Source: Guillardia theta CCMP2712 (Eukaryota; Protista; Cryptophyta). From it: 64,000 nt of DNA. The DNA is taken from the NCBI RefSeq assembly GCF_000315625.1, contig NW_005434659.1, positions 1 through 64,000 on the forward strand, given 5' to 3'. This document shows, in pieces, positions 22,701 through 35,642 of the stretch (within the stretch, counting starts at the first letter, position 1; every line of letters begins with the position of its first letter). The position numbers were made by a program, and so were the translations under genes. The notes below the pieces were generated by a model. It ran no database searches, had not been told where the DNA came from, and saw only the letters and a list, made by a program, of their open reading frames with translations.

Positions 22701-25700
22701 GATTTGATCCCGCTCTAAACAAGAGTGTCATTCACGTACTTCCAAGTCGAACACACCTGTATCCGGTCAAGCAATGTACTTCAATTACTTCACCAAAAGC
22801 TCTGGAAGTATTCAAAAGCGTAGAACTTTCATCAAGCGTTACACATGCACATGAAAGTGAAAAATTCAAAAACCTTGAATTAATGTTTGTAACTTGGACT
22901 GCAGCAAGAAAAGCTGGACATGAAATCATTTGGCACTGCATCACAAGATGATCATCGAACTGCGGAGAATGAATTGTTTTGAGCATTACACTCTCGTAGG
23001 AATCATATCCGCAAGCATCATTGCAAACGGCATAGTACGTCCGATTGTAGCTGCAGGTGTCAACGTATGTCGATGTTTCACCCGTCGGCATCGCGCGTGT
23101 CCCAATAGGGCAGTCAACCGCAACCTGTCAGGCATCAGGGACGACCAAGCTGATGCATCTGCATGCTCACCCCTTTGCCAAAAGTGAGCCTGCCTGATTG
23201 TTTGGTCGTCCCGTTGTCGGGGGGGATGAAAGATTCGCACTGCACTGGCAAACACTGCAAGACGAATCATTGTACAACTTTGATCAGCTGAACTACCTCA
23301 TAGGGCTCAACTAAGCAATCATTGCATGTTAATGTAAAATTCTTCGTAAAATTGCATTGACTAAATCCAATTGCACTGCTTGCAGTTTAGTTATCAAAAA
23401 CCTGTGGCATCAAACATCTTGCGAACCGATCGGCTTTGCGATAACCAGACTTGCATTCCACGGCCATGCTTGCCCGATGTTGTAGGGTCTCGTTGTCTAC
23501 AATATCCCGATCAGAACACATCATTCAAGCAAATACAATCCAACCTAGAAACGTTTGCGTACTCCAAAATCCATTGACTCCATAATCTGGTGTGGGAATC
23601 TAAACACAAGCTCAGACTCTGAAAAAACTCCGTCGATTCGCTATTTTACTCACCGGATAGAACGATGCCGTCCCCTCGCTGGATGATATACTCGAAATCC
23701 TTCCAATAAATCATCATCACAGAAGGTCAATTAGTTTTCAACCTGCATGCTGCAGAACCACATCCACAAGGTATTCCGCTAATGCACTGATCTTGAGATT
23801 GAAGATTCCCATTGATGCAATAAAGATTTGAGAACACTCGACAACTGAGCAACACTTATGAGTGGGAAAGACGAGAACCATCCAAATTACCTTGAGTTCC
23901 CTGCAATTGATACGTTTTGTTCATAACTCTGATTTGATGTCAACCAATAGTTGAAGTCACACTTCGACTGAATTTGGTTTCCGTGTAAAAGATAATTTGC
24001 AAGAGGGTCAGGAAAGTATTTGGAAATGTCTGCCATGAAACAAGAAGACTTGCATTCCCAAAACTGAATCAATGCTCCTCGGATATTCGGTATTGAGATA
24101 GATCCTACATTCCACCACACCTTTGACGACTGATTCCACTCAACACCGTTGTCGTATGATACAGATTTTTCAACAAAAAGCTTGAAATCCTGGTCCACAC
24201 ATAACTTGCATTTTACGTAAAGATTTGGAGCTGCTTTCACTGCTCTCAGGTCGGCTTCATATATTCTCAGAAACGGCTTCAAGATTGATTCACTGGATCT
24301 TGTCCCAGGGTCTAGATTGACAGGGAAATCTGTCGGCTGTCTGCCATAGAATCCAAGGCCAGACTCATCAGCCCACTTGTCAATTCCTGCACCAGATAGA
24401 CATTTTTTGACTTTCTGCAACTTGTCATTCATCCAAATACTCATGCTGCAAATGGACAGACGAATGTCGATAAGTACATGATAATGGGCTGCCGTGGAAG
24501 GAACTTCAAGTTCAACAGACATGGACTCGTTCTCATTCAAAACTTGCATGTTCGTCTTTCCAGATTGGAATGTCAAAATTATTTTAGATCCTTCTGTGCG
24601 AATTCGTGCCCAGGTTGAATAGTTCGTGCCGCCTAAGAAAAACAAATATCCAGTCGTTGCAAAATTCTCTGTAATCTCAAAATCAAACGCTAACACGACG
24701 TCAGAGAATTGGCCGCTAACATTTTTGAAATGCGAGATTGGAAACAATTGAAATCCAGAATAATACTTCAAATCGAACCAAACATTCATGCTGGATGACC
24801 AAATCTCAGTGTAGTTGTTAGAAGGAATCATACTCAAGTTTATACTATCAACATTCAAAATCAAGCTTGCAATGTCATCTTTGACACTGATTGAAATTGG
24901 ATTTGAAAAATTCGCAGTCGCAGAAGATGTTGTCGCATGCAAATGAACAAGAACGATGTTTGACTCGGGTAAGTTTACGAGAGTGCGATTTACGAAAAAT
25001 GCTGGATTGCATTCCCCAATAGCATCTCGAGAAACACTGCACATTGGTTGATTGATTGCAAACCATTTGTGTTGGAAATTTCCGATACGAAGCGATTTTG
25101 AGGACTAAAGAAAGGTACATTCTCCGCATGCATGCTTCCAACAAAACTAGATGGAAGCAAAGGACAAGAAACTGGGATACATGCCGGTCGAAGAAACGTG
25201 CAGTCTGATCTGCATACTGTTGTGTACCACCTCGGTGCACTCGCGTTTGTAGTCCCCGGTCTGTACCCTTCCTTGCAGGTGATGTTTAGCGTAGTCCCGA
25301 AGGTGGCTGGTAGCCCGGGGTAGATGCTCTCCGTGTACATGTCGAGCTCGCCAAGGTCGCACACGATGGGAGCGCATGTGCCTCCTTTGGTCAGCGAGCA
25401 GTCGTCACAAGTTGCATTGAAGCTCCTTGGACTGTCGCAGCTTGACACACTCGCGTTCGAGTCCGCCATGACAACCCGGTACCCTTCCTCACACATTGCG
25501 GTGACGCTCACCTTGTGGTTGAGCCTCGTCTCAGACCCAGAGGCTTGATCGAAATACGGTCCCTTTGCCCAGAAGCCGTTCTGCCCGTACGGGGGAACGG
25601 GAAGCAAACTCCAATTCGCCACATGATGTCCAAGAGCAGAAGTGTTGATGACACAGGGTCCAGTACCGCATCCGCAAGGGATCTCCCTGGAGCAGGCTGT

Positions 25701-28700
25701 CTGCATCTGAGTATCATAACAATATGCGGATGACGATCTTGTGCAGGAGTCGTTGGTCGTCCCTTGTAACTCAACTCTGAAAGCATATCCGAGGTCACAC
25801 TCCATCTGTACTGTTGTCGTCTCGTTCAGACCAGCCCCACCTCCTAAAACGTGCGCATTTGACAAACTGCTTCTAAACGACGTGCAATTAACATTCCCGC
25901 AGCTGTAAGGCTTTTCACGTCCTGTGACTCCGTCGAGCTTGTATTGACAACTGTCGGTACAAGTCAACCCCATCGCATCCAGCATCGGCTGACCGTCGAA
26001 TCGTTTGTTTCCAGAACATGAAACTTGTATGGATTGGTTGACTGCAATGCTCGAGTTCACAATCCAACCAAGTTGTGGATCAGGGCAGAAAGCGCTGACA
26101 CATCCCAGCTCATTGCTCACGTTGCAGGAAGCCTCACAGCCTATCTCAAAAGCGCGCTGCCCAGCATTCAAACAATCGGCGCTGGCGCCATACGCTGCGA
26201 AGATCTCCGCAAAGTTCGCAGGTACCAATCCACGCCTACAAGTTAGATTCAACTTCTCCCCGTACTTCAGCGAGGATTTCTCTACAATAACAGTTGGATC
26301 GCCATACAGAGGAATAAGGCAGCTTATGCGCTGGCAGTGCGCCTCTGCCTCCCACCCGCACAGCCCACACCTCGCTTCGTACGACCTGCTCTCAGAGCAG
26401 TTGACAAGATCAGAGTGCGTCTTCAGCACCGCTCGATACCCTTCTTTACATGTCACCGTGACGTTTTCCGAGAAATCGTAAGTTGTATTCAGATGCTCGA
26501 TGTAAGGATCTCCGATGTCAGACACATTGCACACCGCACGCACGCATTGTCGTATTTTCGTCGCAGGATATTCTCCGTCTTCGCAAGTGACCTGATACGA
26601 GGTCGAGCAAGTCTCGTCGCCCAAGCGGTACCCCTCCACACAGCTAAGCGTGACATTCGAAAGATGACCTGCAGACGTTGAGGGCAGGTGGTTCGGAAAC
26701 GTGGTTGATGCACACACGACGGGCAGGCAAGCCAAAGTGTCATACGCGCACATGTCATTGCAAAGTGCTGTGATCTCCTTACTCGCGTTTGGGAGGTTGC
26801 TGCCGGCGCGGAAGCCGACTTTGCATGTCGCATTGACAACGTCCGAGTACTCCACGTAGGCGTGCTCGCCGTCAACGTTGGGATCCTGGAGGGTCAACGG
26901 GGGACATCGAACCTTGTTACAAGACAGGTTTCGGCGATCCCAGTAACAATCTTCGCACATCGCTTCGTAGGTACGACTTTTGTTGCAGAGATAGGAGTCG
27001 CTTGCCGGGGGTCCAGAGGCCCGGTATCCGGGTTTGCATGTGATGTTGACCTGCTTGTCAGAGCTCTTGTTCCAGTAGGCTTCTCCTTCCGCCAGCTCCA
27101 GTACACCACACTCAATTGGAATACACTCGAAGACTTGCGAAAGGTTGCCCTCGGTGCAGGTGATGTCATACTGAGTGAAGCAAGTGTTGTTGAATCGTAC
27201 GTGGTACCCGGGGCTGCAAGTAACTCGGATGATGTCTCCATGCAACGACACGATGCCGCCATCAGCCAAGCTTACAGGCTCCTGACGAGATGTGCCATTG
27301 AGCTCGGAGAAGTTAGATTGAATCAGCTCAGCCGTAGCGTTAGTAGGAACTTGCAAAGCACCGCACTGCACGAGCAGACACCCAGCGGGGCTTGTGAAGG
27401 TACAGTCTGGGAGACACCTGACCTCTGAGTACGGTGAGGCGAGTACATCGCGTGATCCCATGCGAAAGCCATACCGGCACTTCACCTGAAGGCTACCGTT
27501 GACGTGTACCTCCGAAAAGTTTGTCCTCACCAGGTTCGGATCTGTGATGAAGCTCTCGTAGTCTGGGCATAGCATGGGCAGACACTGAAACGCTTCAAAC
27601 TTGCCGTATGCATCACAACTGACTTGATACGAGGCATTCACCTGCGTGCAAACGCTTGCCGTCCCATTCATCGACAGCGCGGATCCTTGCTTGCACTTGA
27701 CCGTCATCACGTCAGCAAACGAAGGGTGAGATAGAGAGATGCTCTCGAGCCACGGACTGGAGGCAACGCTCTCACAAGCCACGGCTTCACAGGTGTAGTT
27801 GGACATCAAAGAGCAATCCATGCACTGCGCCTCAAAGTCGCTGGTCTGGTTAACATCCGGAGGATACACAGCAGACGTCAGCTTAGGCCGATAGCCGTCC
27901 TTGCAGCTCAAAGTTATCCTGCCCCCGTGCAAGACCTGAGGAATGCCTCCATCCATCGAGAGCTCTGTCCCAGCAGACACGTTCCATGTCATGACATTTG
28001 CGAACAAGTGGGAGCTCTCATTAATGTGACATGGTGCATACGAGCACGCGCAGCTTATGCGCTGGCAGTGCGCCTCTGCCTCCCACCCGCACAGCCCACA
28101 CCTCGCTTCGTACGACCTGCTCTCAGAGCAGTTGACAAGATCAGAGTGCGTCTTCAGCACCGCTCGATACCCTTCTTTACATGTCACCGTGACGTTTTCC
28201 GAGAAATCGTAAGTTGTATTCAGATGCTCGATGTAAGGATCTCCGATGTCAGACACATTGCACACCGCACGCACGCATTGTCGTATTTTCGTCGCAGGAT
28301 ATTCTCCGTCTTCGCAAGTGACCTGATACGAGGTCGAGCAAGTCTCGTCGCCCAAGCGGTACCCCTCCACACAGCTAAGCGTGACATTCGAAAGATGACC
28401 TGCAGACGTTGAGGGCAGGTGGTTCGGAAACGTGGTTGATGCACACACGACGGGCAGGCAAGCCAAAGTGTCATACGCGCACATGTCATTGCAAAGTGCT
28501 GTGATCTCCTTACTCGCGTTTGGGAGGTTGCTGCCGGCGCGGAAGCCGACTTTGCATGTCGCATTGACAACGTCCGAGTACTCCACGTAGGCGTGCTCGC
28601 CGTCAACGTTGGGATCCTGGAGGGTCAACGGGGGACATCGAACCTTGTTACAAGACAGGTTTCGGCGATCCCAGTAACAATCTTCGCACATCGCTTCGTA

Positions 28701-31700
28701 GGTACGACTTTTGTTGCAGAGATAGGAGTCGCTTGCCGGGGGTCCAGAGGCCCGGTATCCGGGTTTGCATGTGATGTTGACCTGCTTGTCAGAGCTCTTG
28801 TTCCAGTAGGCTTCTCCTTCCGCCAGCTCCAGTACACCACACTCAATTGGAATACACTCGAAGACTTGCGAAAGGTTGCCCTCGGTGCAGGTGATGTCAT
28901 ACTGAGTGAAGCAAGTGTTGTTGAATCGTACGTGGTACCCGGGGCTGCAAGTAACTCGGATGATGTCTCCATGCAACGACACGATGCCGCCATCAGCCAA
29001 GCTTACAGGCTCCTGACGAGATGTGCCATTGAGCTCGGAGAAGTTAGATTGAATCAGCTCAGCCGTAGCGTTAGTAGGAACTTGCAAAGCACCGCACTGC
29101 ACGAGCAGACACCCAGCGGGGCTTGTGAAGGTACAGTCTGGGAGACACCTGACCTCTGAGTACGGTGAGGCGAGTACATCGCGTGATCCCATGCGAAAGC
29201 CATACCGGCACTTCACCTGAAGGCTACCGTTGACGTGTACCTCCGAAAAGTTTGTCCTCACCAGGTTCGGATCTGTGATGAAGCTCTCGTAGTCTGGGCA
29301 TAGCATGGGCAGACACTGAAACGCTTCAAACTTGCCGTATGCATCACAACTGACTTGATACGAGGCATTCACCTGCGTGCAAACGCTTGCCGTCCCATTC
29401 ATCGACAGCGCGGATCCTTGCTTGCACTTGACCGTCATCACGTCAGCAAACGAAGGGTGAGATAGAGAGATGCTCTCGAGCCACGGACTGGAGGCAACGC
29501 TCTCACAAGCCACGGCTTCACAGGTGTAGTTGGACATCAAAGAGCAATCCATGCACTGCGCCTCAAAGTCGCTGGTCTGGTTAACATCCGGAGGATACAC
29601 AGCAGACGTCAGCTTAGGCCGATAGCCGTCCTTGCAGCTCAAAGTTATCCTGCCCCCGTGCAAGACCTGAGGAATGCCTCCATCCATCGAGAGCTCTGTC
29701 CCAGCAGACACGTTCCATGTCATGACATTTGCGAACAAGTGGGAGCTCTCATTAATGTAACATGGTGCATACGAGCACCCGCACACCGAAGACGAGCAGG
29801 ATCCTTGGAACTTTACCTCTCCGTCAAGGCACCTGATGTATGACATAGCATCGCCGGACCAGCAGGATGATCCATTGAGATGATATCCTGTGATGCAACT
29901 AAAAGATATGTTGTCATCGTGAAAAAGCACCGGCAAGGGACTGACACTCGGTATGATCGTAGTTGGGATCGATGAGATAGGGCAGATCACTCTCATACAC
30001 ATCTTCCTTGTAGTGAGCTGGCAGTCGGATCTGCATACTGTTGTGTACCACCTCGGTGCACTCGCGTTTGTAGTCCCCGGTCTGTACCCTTCCTTGCAGG
30101 TGATGTTTAGCGTAGTCCCGAAGGTGGCTGGTAGCCCGGGGTAGATGCTCTCCGTGTACATGTCGAGCTCGCCAAGGTCGCACACGATGGGAGCGCATGT
30201 GCCTCCTTTGGTCAGCGAGCAGTCGTCACAAGTTGCATTGAAGCTCCTTGGACTGTCGCAGCTTGACACACTCGCGTTCGAGTCCGCCATGACAACCCGG
30301 TACCCTTCCTCACACATTGCGGTGACGCTCACCTTGTGGTTGAGCCTCGTCTCAGACCCAGAGGCTTGATCGAAATACGGTCCCTTTGCCCAGAAGCCGT
30401 TCTGCCCGTACGGGGGAACGGGAAGCAAACTCCAATTCGCCACATGATGTCCAAGAGCAGAAGTGTTGATGACACAGGGTCCAGTACCGCATCCGCAAGG
30501 GATTTCAGCAGTACAAACCTGCTCTTGTGCAGGCGTTCCATCATCACAAGTCAAGTTTGCTACTGTATTGCACTCTGCAGCCATTGATGAAAATCCAAAG
30601 TCACATTCAACAAGAAACGTATCACCATGTCTGATGACTTTTGAGGTGTCTGTAGCAGAGTGAGTGTTGGATGGCAAGGACATTTCGATCAAATTACATA
30701 TCACCCTTTGACAAATTGAAATATTGTATCCACAGTTGCTTTGACACTGTGTGAGAAACCAGGGCTTTGAGGATGGAAGTGTAGAGCTGGGGCGATATCC
30801 GTGCTTGCACGTTACATTTACATATTCCTGATATTTTACAGCAGAGGGCATGGTTGAAACCACATTGTTGTCGAATGAATATTGGATGTATGGGAAACAC
30901 ATTGCAGGATTACAAGAGATGTTGCTGACAAATGATCCATTGCTACACACCAAGTTGTATCCAGCCACACCATTATCACAAGTGACGTCCGACTGCTTTG
31001 ACGATGTTGCAAAGTAACCATCCAAGCAAGTTACGTGAACGAATTGCCCGTTGTCAAAGATGCTTCTAGCTGAGACATCAGTGGGATAAGTAATGCTTTT
31101 GGCATGGCTGACATTGTCTACCGTCACTCCCTTGCAGGTGGTACAAGTACCGTCCTGATATCGAATACATTCTTGAATGCCATGCAGGACTCCATCATCA
31201 CATGAGACTCTAAAACTGCTATTACACGTGTTTGGCAAATAAAATCCATTTTGACAATTAAACAGAATACTTTGACTGTGATACAGCTGAAACCTGTAAG
31301 CATTTGGATTGAAACTTATCAAAGTATTTTGATCCAGTTTCTCCAAAGCGACGGCATAACTTGGAAGATTGAAGCCTTCACAAGTAGATCGTTCACAAGG
31401 TAAGAATTGAGTAAATGTACAATCAGCAGAGCATCGAACCACTTGCCATGTTGGTGTTGATGGGTCACTGGAACCAGGTCGATAGCCGTAAGCACAGGTA
31501 AAATTTGCGCTCTGATTGAAAAGCACTTGATTACTCGATTGAATAGTAGAGAATTGTTGAGAGGAAGACTGTACAGGACAAAAAATTGGTTTACAGACAT
31601 ATCGGCTCTGCCAGCCATATTGTGTGCAGAACATTTCGTGCTCGTGACTTGTGTTGCACGGAGGAGGAACACTCGAAAACTCAGATGGCACAGATCTATA

Positions 31701-34700
31701 ACCTTCTTTACATTGCACAGTAATGCTCTGATTCACTCTGATCTGCAAGTTGGAGCTCCACGAGGAAATATGGAAGAAATTTTTCAGATTTTCAATTGAT
31801 GGACAGGTACCACACTGAGAACCATCACCATTGAACGCCTCACAAACAACAAACCTGGGAATTTGTGAAGATTCTGACGTTGCAAGAAATTTTCCATCAA
31901 TGCATTTGATCGTGTAATAAGAATCGCACGTGGTTCCGTTCACTCTGTACCCTGACATACACACCACGGTCAACTGCTCTCCTTCAACATAAATTTTGTC
32001 GAGAAGATTCGAGTCTACCGAAGAATGCAGCTGAGGCGGGATCCTACCACACTCCTTTGGGATGCATACTTTCAAAGGACTGACAGTGCAGTTGGACCCG
32101 CAAGTATACTTCACATATTCTGTAAAATTGTTTTCGCCAAAAGTATATCCTGGCAAACACTTCCCATATGCATTTTCCCCGTAGTAAACATAATCGACGG
32201 TTGAGGAAGAACTTGGATTTGTGTAAAATTGCATATTACTTCCCAGTTGACCATGCAAATGGCATCGCATTACAGAACAATACCAAGGGCGATTCCAAGC
32301 GCAATCGTTGCAACGCGCTGGGAAACTACCAGGCGCATATCCTGGGATGTATGGGCAATCGGACCAAGCTTGTGGAAATTTTTGAATTGGAGTTGGAGCA
32401 TGAGTAGCTATGCATTCAACTAATACCAGCTGCCCGTGCGGAACAATTTCATTGGCCAACTCTTGCAGCGGATTCGAAGCTGTGCCCGTTTCGATGAGCA
32501 CATTGTCATATTCATCACTGAAGGTTTGGTAAAATGATGGACAAAAACCTTCGCCACAGCTGCTATTACTTCCATTCACACAAGACACCTGGATGCAACT
32601 TTGTTGGCCTGAAAATTGACCATCAATGCAAGAAACAACAAATGATTTTTGACATCTAGAACTCTTCACCACATATCCCATAGGACAACTAATTGTGATT
32701 GATTGACCGTGAAAATATTGCTTCTCGGCAGACCACTGTGCATCATACTGGAATCCAAGTCCACTGTACGTTCCACAAGGCAAGGGGACGCATTGCTTGA
32801 TCCCAGAATACGAGCAGTCACTGTTACACCTTATTTGAAAGCTCTTGGGATCGCTTGCCGTGGCAATTGTAACCCCGCCAGTGACAGCTCTGTATCCAAG
32901 GGCACATTCAATCATCTTCGTATCATTCAAACTCACCACTGACCCAACAGACACGGAATTTGAAGTCGAGAATGCAGGACATTGGATAGGTTTGCAACTT
33001 TTCCCAAGTGATTCAAGCTGACAATTATCGCAAGTAATGTTGTAAGACTGAGGTTCCAAACAACTCGATACTGAGTTTGAAGTAGCGCGATAGCCACTTT
33101 TGCAGGTCACGAGAAGTTTTGAGTCCATGTATGTTTGAGCAATGGATAGAGCACCCGGTACGACTGAAGGAAGGTCACAGACACCTCCACTTGCTGTTCC
33201 ACAACGATCTCCCGCTGTACAATTTATAGGAACACAGTGTTGATCAGTGCCATTCAAAATTCCGGCCTTGCATGAAACCGTGAAGACTGTCTTACAATCC
33301 ATCAAACGTGTTCCAAAAACTTTGTAACCTTTCTGACAAGGAACGGAGGTCAAACCACCTTCTGGAATATCAAAACTGCTTCCGATGGTACCACCAGTTG
33401 GAAAGAACTTAGCGCATGGTATCATCGCGCACTCATAAAGTGGAAAGTATGAACATGTGTCCATGCACTTAACTTCAAAACTTTGTGGATCTTGTACCAG
33501 GGGAACTTTTGTTGACCCGACGATTCTGGCTCTGTATCCAGGCTTGCACTGTACCTTCACAACACTCTCATACTCGACATTCCATTGTGTGACTAAAACG
33601 CCACCGATAGATCTAACACAAAAGGTCAAGGAGATACAAACAAAAATACCAAATGCATACATGTTGCTCCGTAATATTGTCGGTTTGTACGAGACAACTT
33701 CCATCGTAGCTTTGTTGAACAATGGCCAATCTTCATAATTTCCGCAGGATATTTTTTTGCAAGTAGCTTTCGATTGGTATGTACAGTCGTTGCATGTCGC
33801 TGTGTATGAAGGCTGAAATGAGCAGTCTGAAAAGTTCCCTTCCTATTCAACGAGTCAGACCTGCATCTTCACTACAATTTCAACTCACATTGGCCCGGAA
33901 ACCTGAAGGGCACTGTACTTGCACTGACTGTCCATGTGCAACAGAAGTAACCGGAGACCATGTCTCTGCAAAAGCGTCATAGGGTGGTGCAGCCTTGGAA
34001 TAAGGTTGACAAGAGGCTTCTCCACAACCGCATTGCATCGGAACACAACTTTTGAGTCCAACCAAGACACCGTCCGAGCATGTGACGGCAAAATGTTTTG
34101 CGCATGAAGTCCCGGAGACCTTATACCCTAGATCACAGGAGATTTGAAGCTCATTGCCATGGTACAATACACCAGATGCATTGAATGAACTGTTACCTGG
34201 AGCCTGCACAACAGGACATTGTACCAAAGTGCAATTCTGTATTCCAGAAAGCATGCAGGAATCCTTGCAGGTAACGTTGTATGACCTTGGTGCATCAGGA
34301 GATGATGAATTCGCACGAAATCCAGAGTAGCAATTTACAACGATGATGTCTCCATATTGAAGAATGGTCTCATCAATGAAATAAGGCTCAGGTTTATGAG
34401 CGGTTGCTGCTGAAAGAAACTTTGTTGTGCCATAAGGATCTAATGCAGTCAATGGCCTACATTGCTGGATCCGGCAGCGTTGAATTGGACCTGAGATTGG
34501 TGATGGCCACCATGTACAGTTTTCACAAGATAAAGCATAGGAAGTTGCATTGCTTTGGCAGTGCTTTTGAAAATCAAAAGTAGTGTTCCCAGGCCATGGT
34601 TTATACCCAGGAAGGCACACAACTTCATTGGTGCTGTTTTGGACGGGCATGAAGACTTTCATGTACGGGTCATCAACGAATTCAGGGCACTTGGTACAAC

Positions 34701-35115
34701 CGATGGGACTACAAACTTGTCCCTGTTCGTAGTTGCCATCCTGATAAAGACACAACGGGTTAGGTGATCCAGGGCCATTGAGAAAGAAGCCATCATCGCA
34801 TGAGAGTGTCACTCGGCCGCCAACCACCGCGGATACCGGTCTCGCTGTCATGTTCAAGCCCACAGGATAGTCTCCACAGGACTTGGGAACACACCGTCTC
34901 CATCCGTAATGCGTAGGAGTAGTAGATTCCAAGCTCACCATTTCCTGGAAGAAAGATGAAACATCGAGCAAAGAGTGAGAAAATTCGGTTCGTACCTGTA
35001 ATTCAGGGTTGCCACTGTTGTCAACAGTGCACATGATGGCCATGGATTGCTGTGATCCATGTGTGCTTGCTGCAGGAATCAAAAGGATTGAGAGGAAAAT
35101 TCGGAACAAAAACAT
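13782..35115 (-). CDS. Giant type-I membrane glycoprotein: signal peptide, dozens of sushi/CCP-like Cys modules, LamG-like domain, ZU5-like region, TM helix, coiled-coil cytoplasmic tail
   Basis: Signal MFLFRIFLSILLIPAAS; recurring CxxG[YF]R...C...C modules in ORFs 33880-35145 and 24990-33722 and in small exons down to ~18600; beta-rich 23887-25044; RRKLL, FGPDGVQ, TTSFSTYAV; spliced TM VGGIAGGGGAVCALMCIALVY-RRRKR (~17340-17485); terminal exons ...SYQ|NAFIHT*. Continuity as one gene is inferred from consistent strand and several checked splice phases. Confidence 0.72.
25200..25685. repeat. ~485-bp direct repeat, copy 1 (copy 2 at 30021-30506)
   Basis: Identical ORFs offset by 4821 (25324/30145); peptide EIPCGCGTGPC...WYTTVCRSDC occurs twice. 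Confidence 0.95.
26319..29783. repeat. 1731-bp (577-codon) near-perfect in-frame tandem duplication
   Basis: Identical ORFs offset by exactly 1731 (26489/28220, 26862/28593, 26894/28625); differences seen only near the unit edge (CYINESS vs CHINESS). Confidence 0.97.
30021..30506. repeat. ~485-bp direct repeat, copy 2
   Basis: Matches 25200-25685 at offset 4821 (1607 codons). Confidence 0.95.
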
Positions 35116-35642
35116 CACGCCCTGGTCAGTTGAACTCTGAGTCACATGAGGTCAAGCCATCCGAGTCCATTGGGACTGGTTCAGCTTCACGAGGAGCAAG
35201 AGACTCTCAGTATCCTCCTGCCATGTCCTCCCGCCATGCCGCTTCATGAGCTCCTTCCCACAAACACCTTCTCCATGGTGACTCTCCGCATCAACAGAGT
35301 TGACTAAAACTACAGAAGTGTTATACTGAACTATTACTTAATATTTGACATCTGAGATTGCCTCAGAGAAACAGCAACCAAGCTGGCCTCAGAAAGCTGG
35401 CGCATGCCCAACATCTGCCCAAAATGCAGAATGACATCCTTCACGTTCTCCTCTCTCTTCGTCTGCCTCCTCACCATCCTGCACTCCTTCCTCATCCTCC
35501 TTCTCATAAGAATCCTTCCCCTTCCTGTCCTCCTCCTAACAGCATGCAACGATTACTCCTTCCCCCATCTTGTTTCATTTTGACTCCCCACTCTCCTCAC
35601 TCACGTTCATAATGATAATTCACTCAGGCAAAATTGGCCCGC

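Noticed and set aside
25200-30506. LTR retrotransposon suggested by 485-bp direct repeats 4.8 kb apart
   Set aside because: Repeats and interior are in-frame parts of the Cys-rich ORF; no gag/pol motifs or TG...CA ends.
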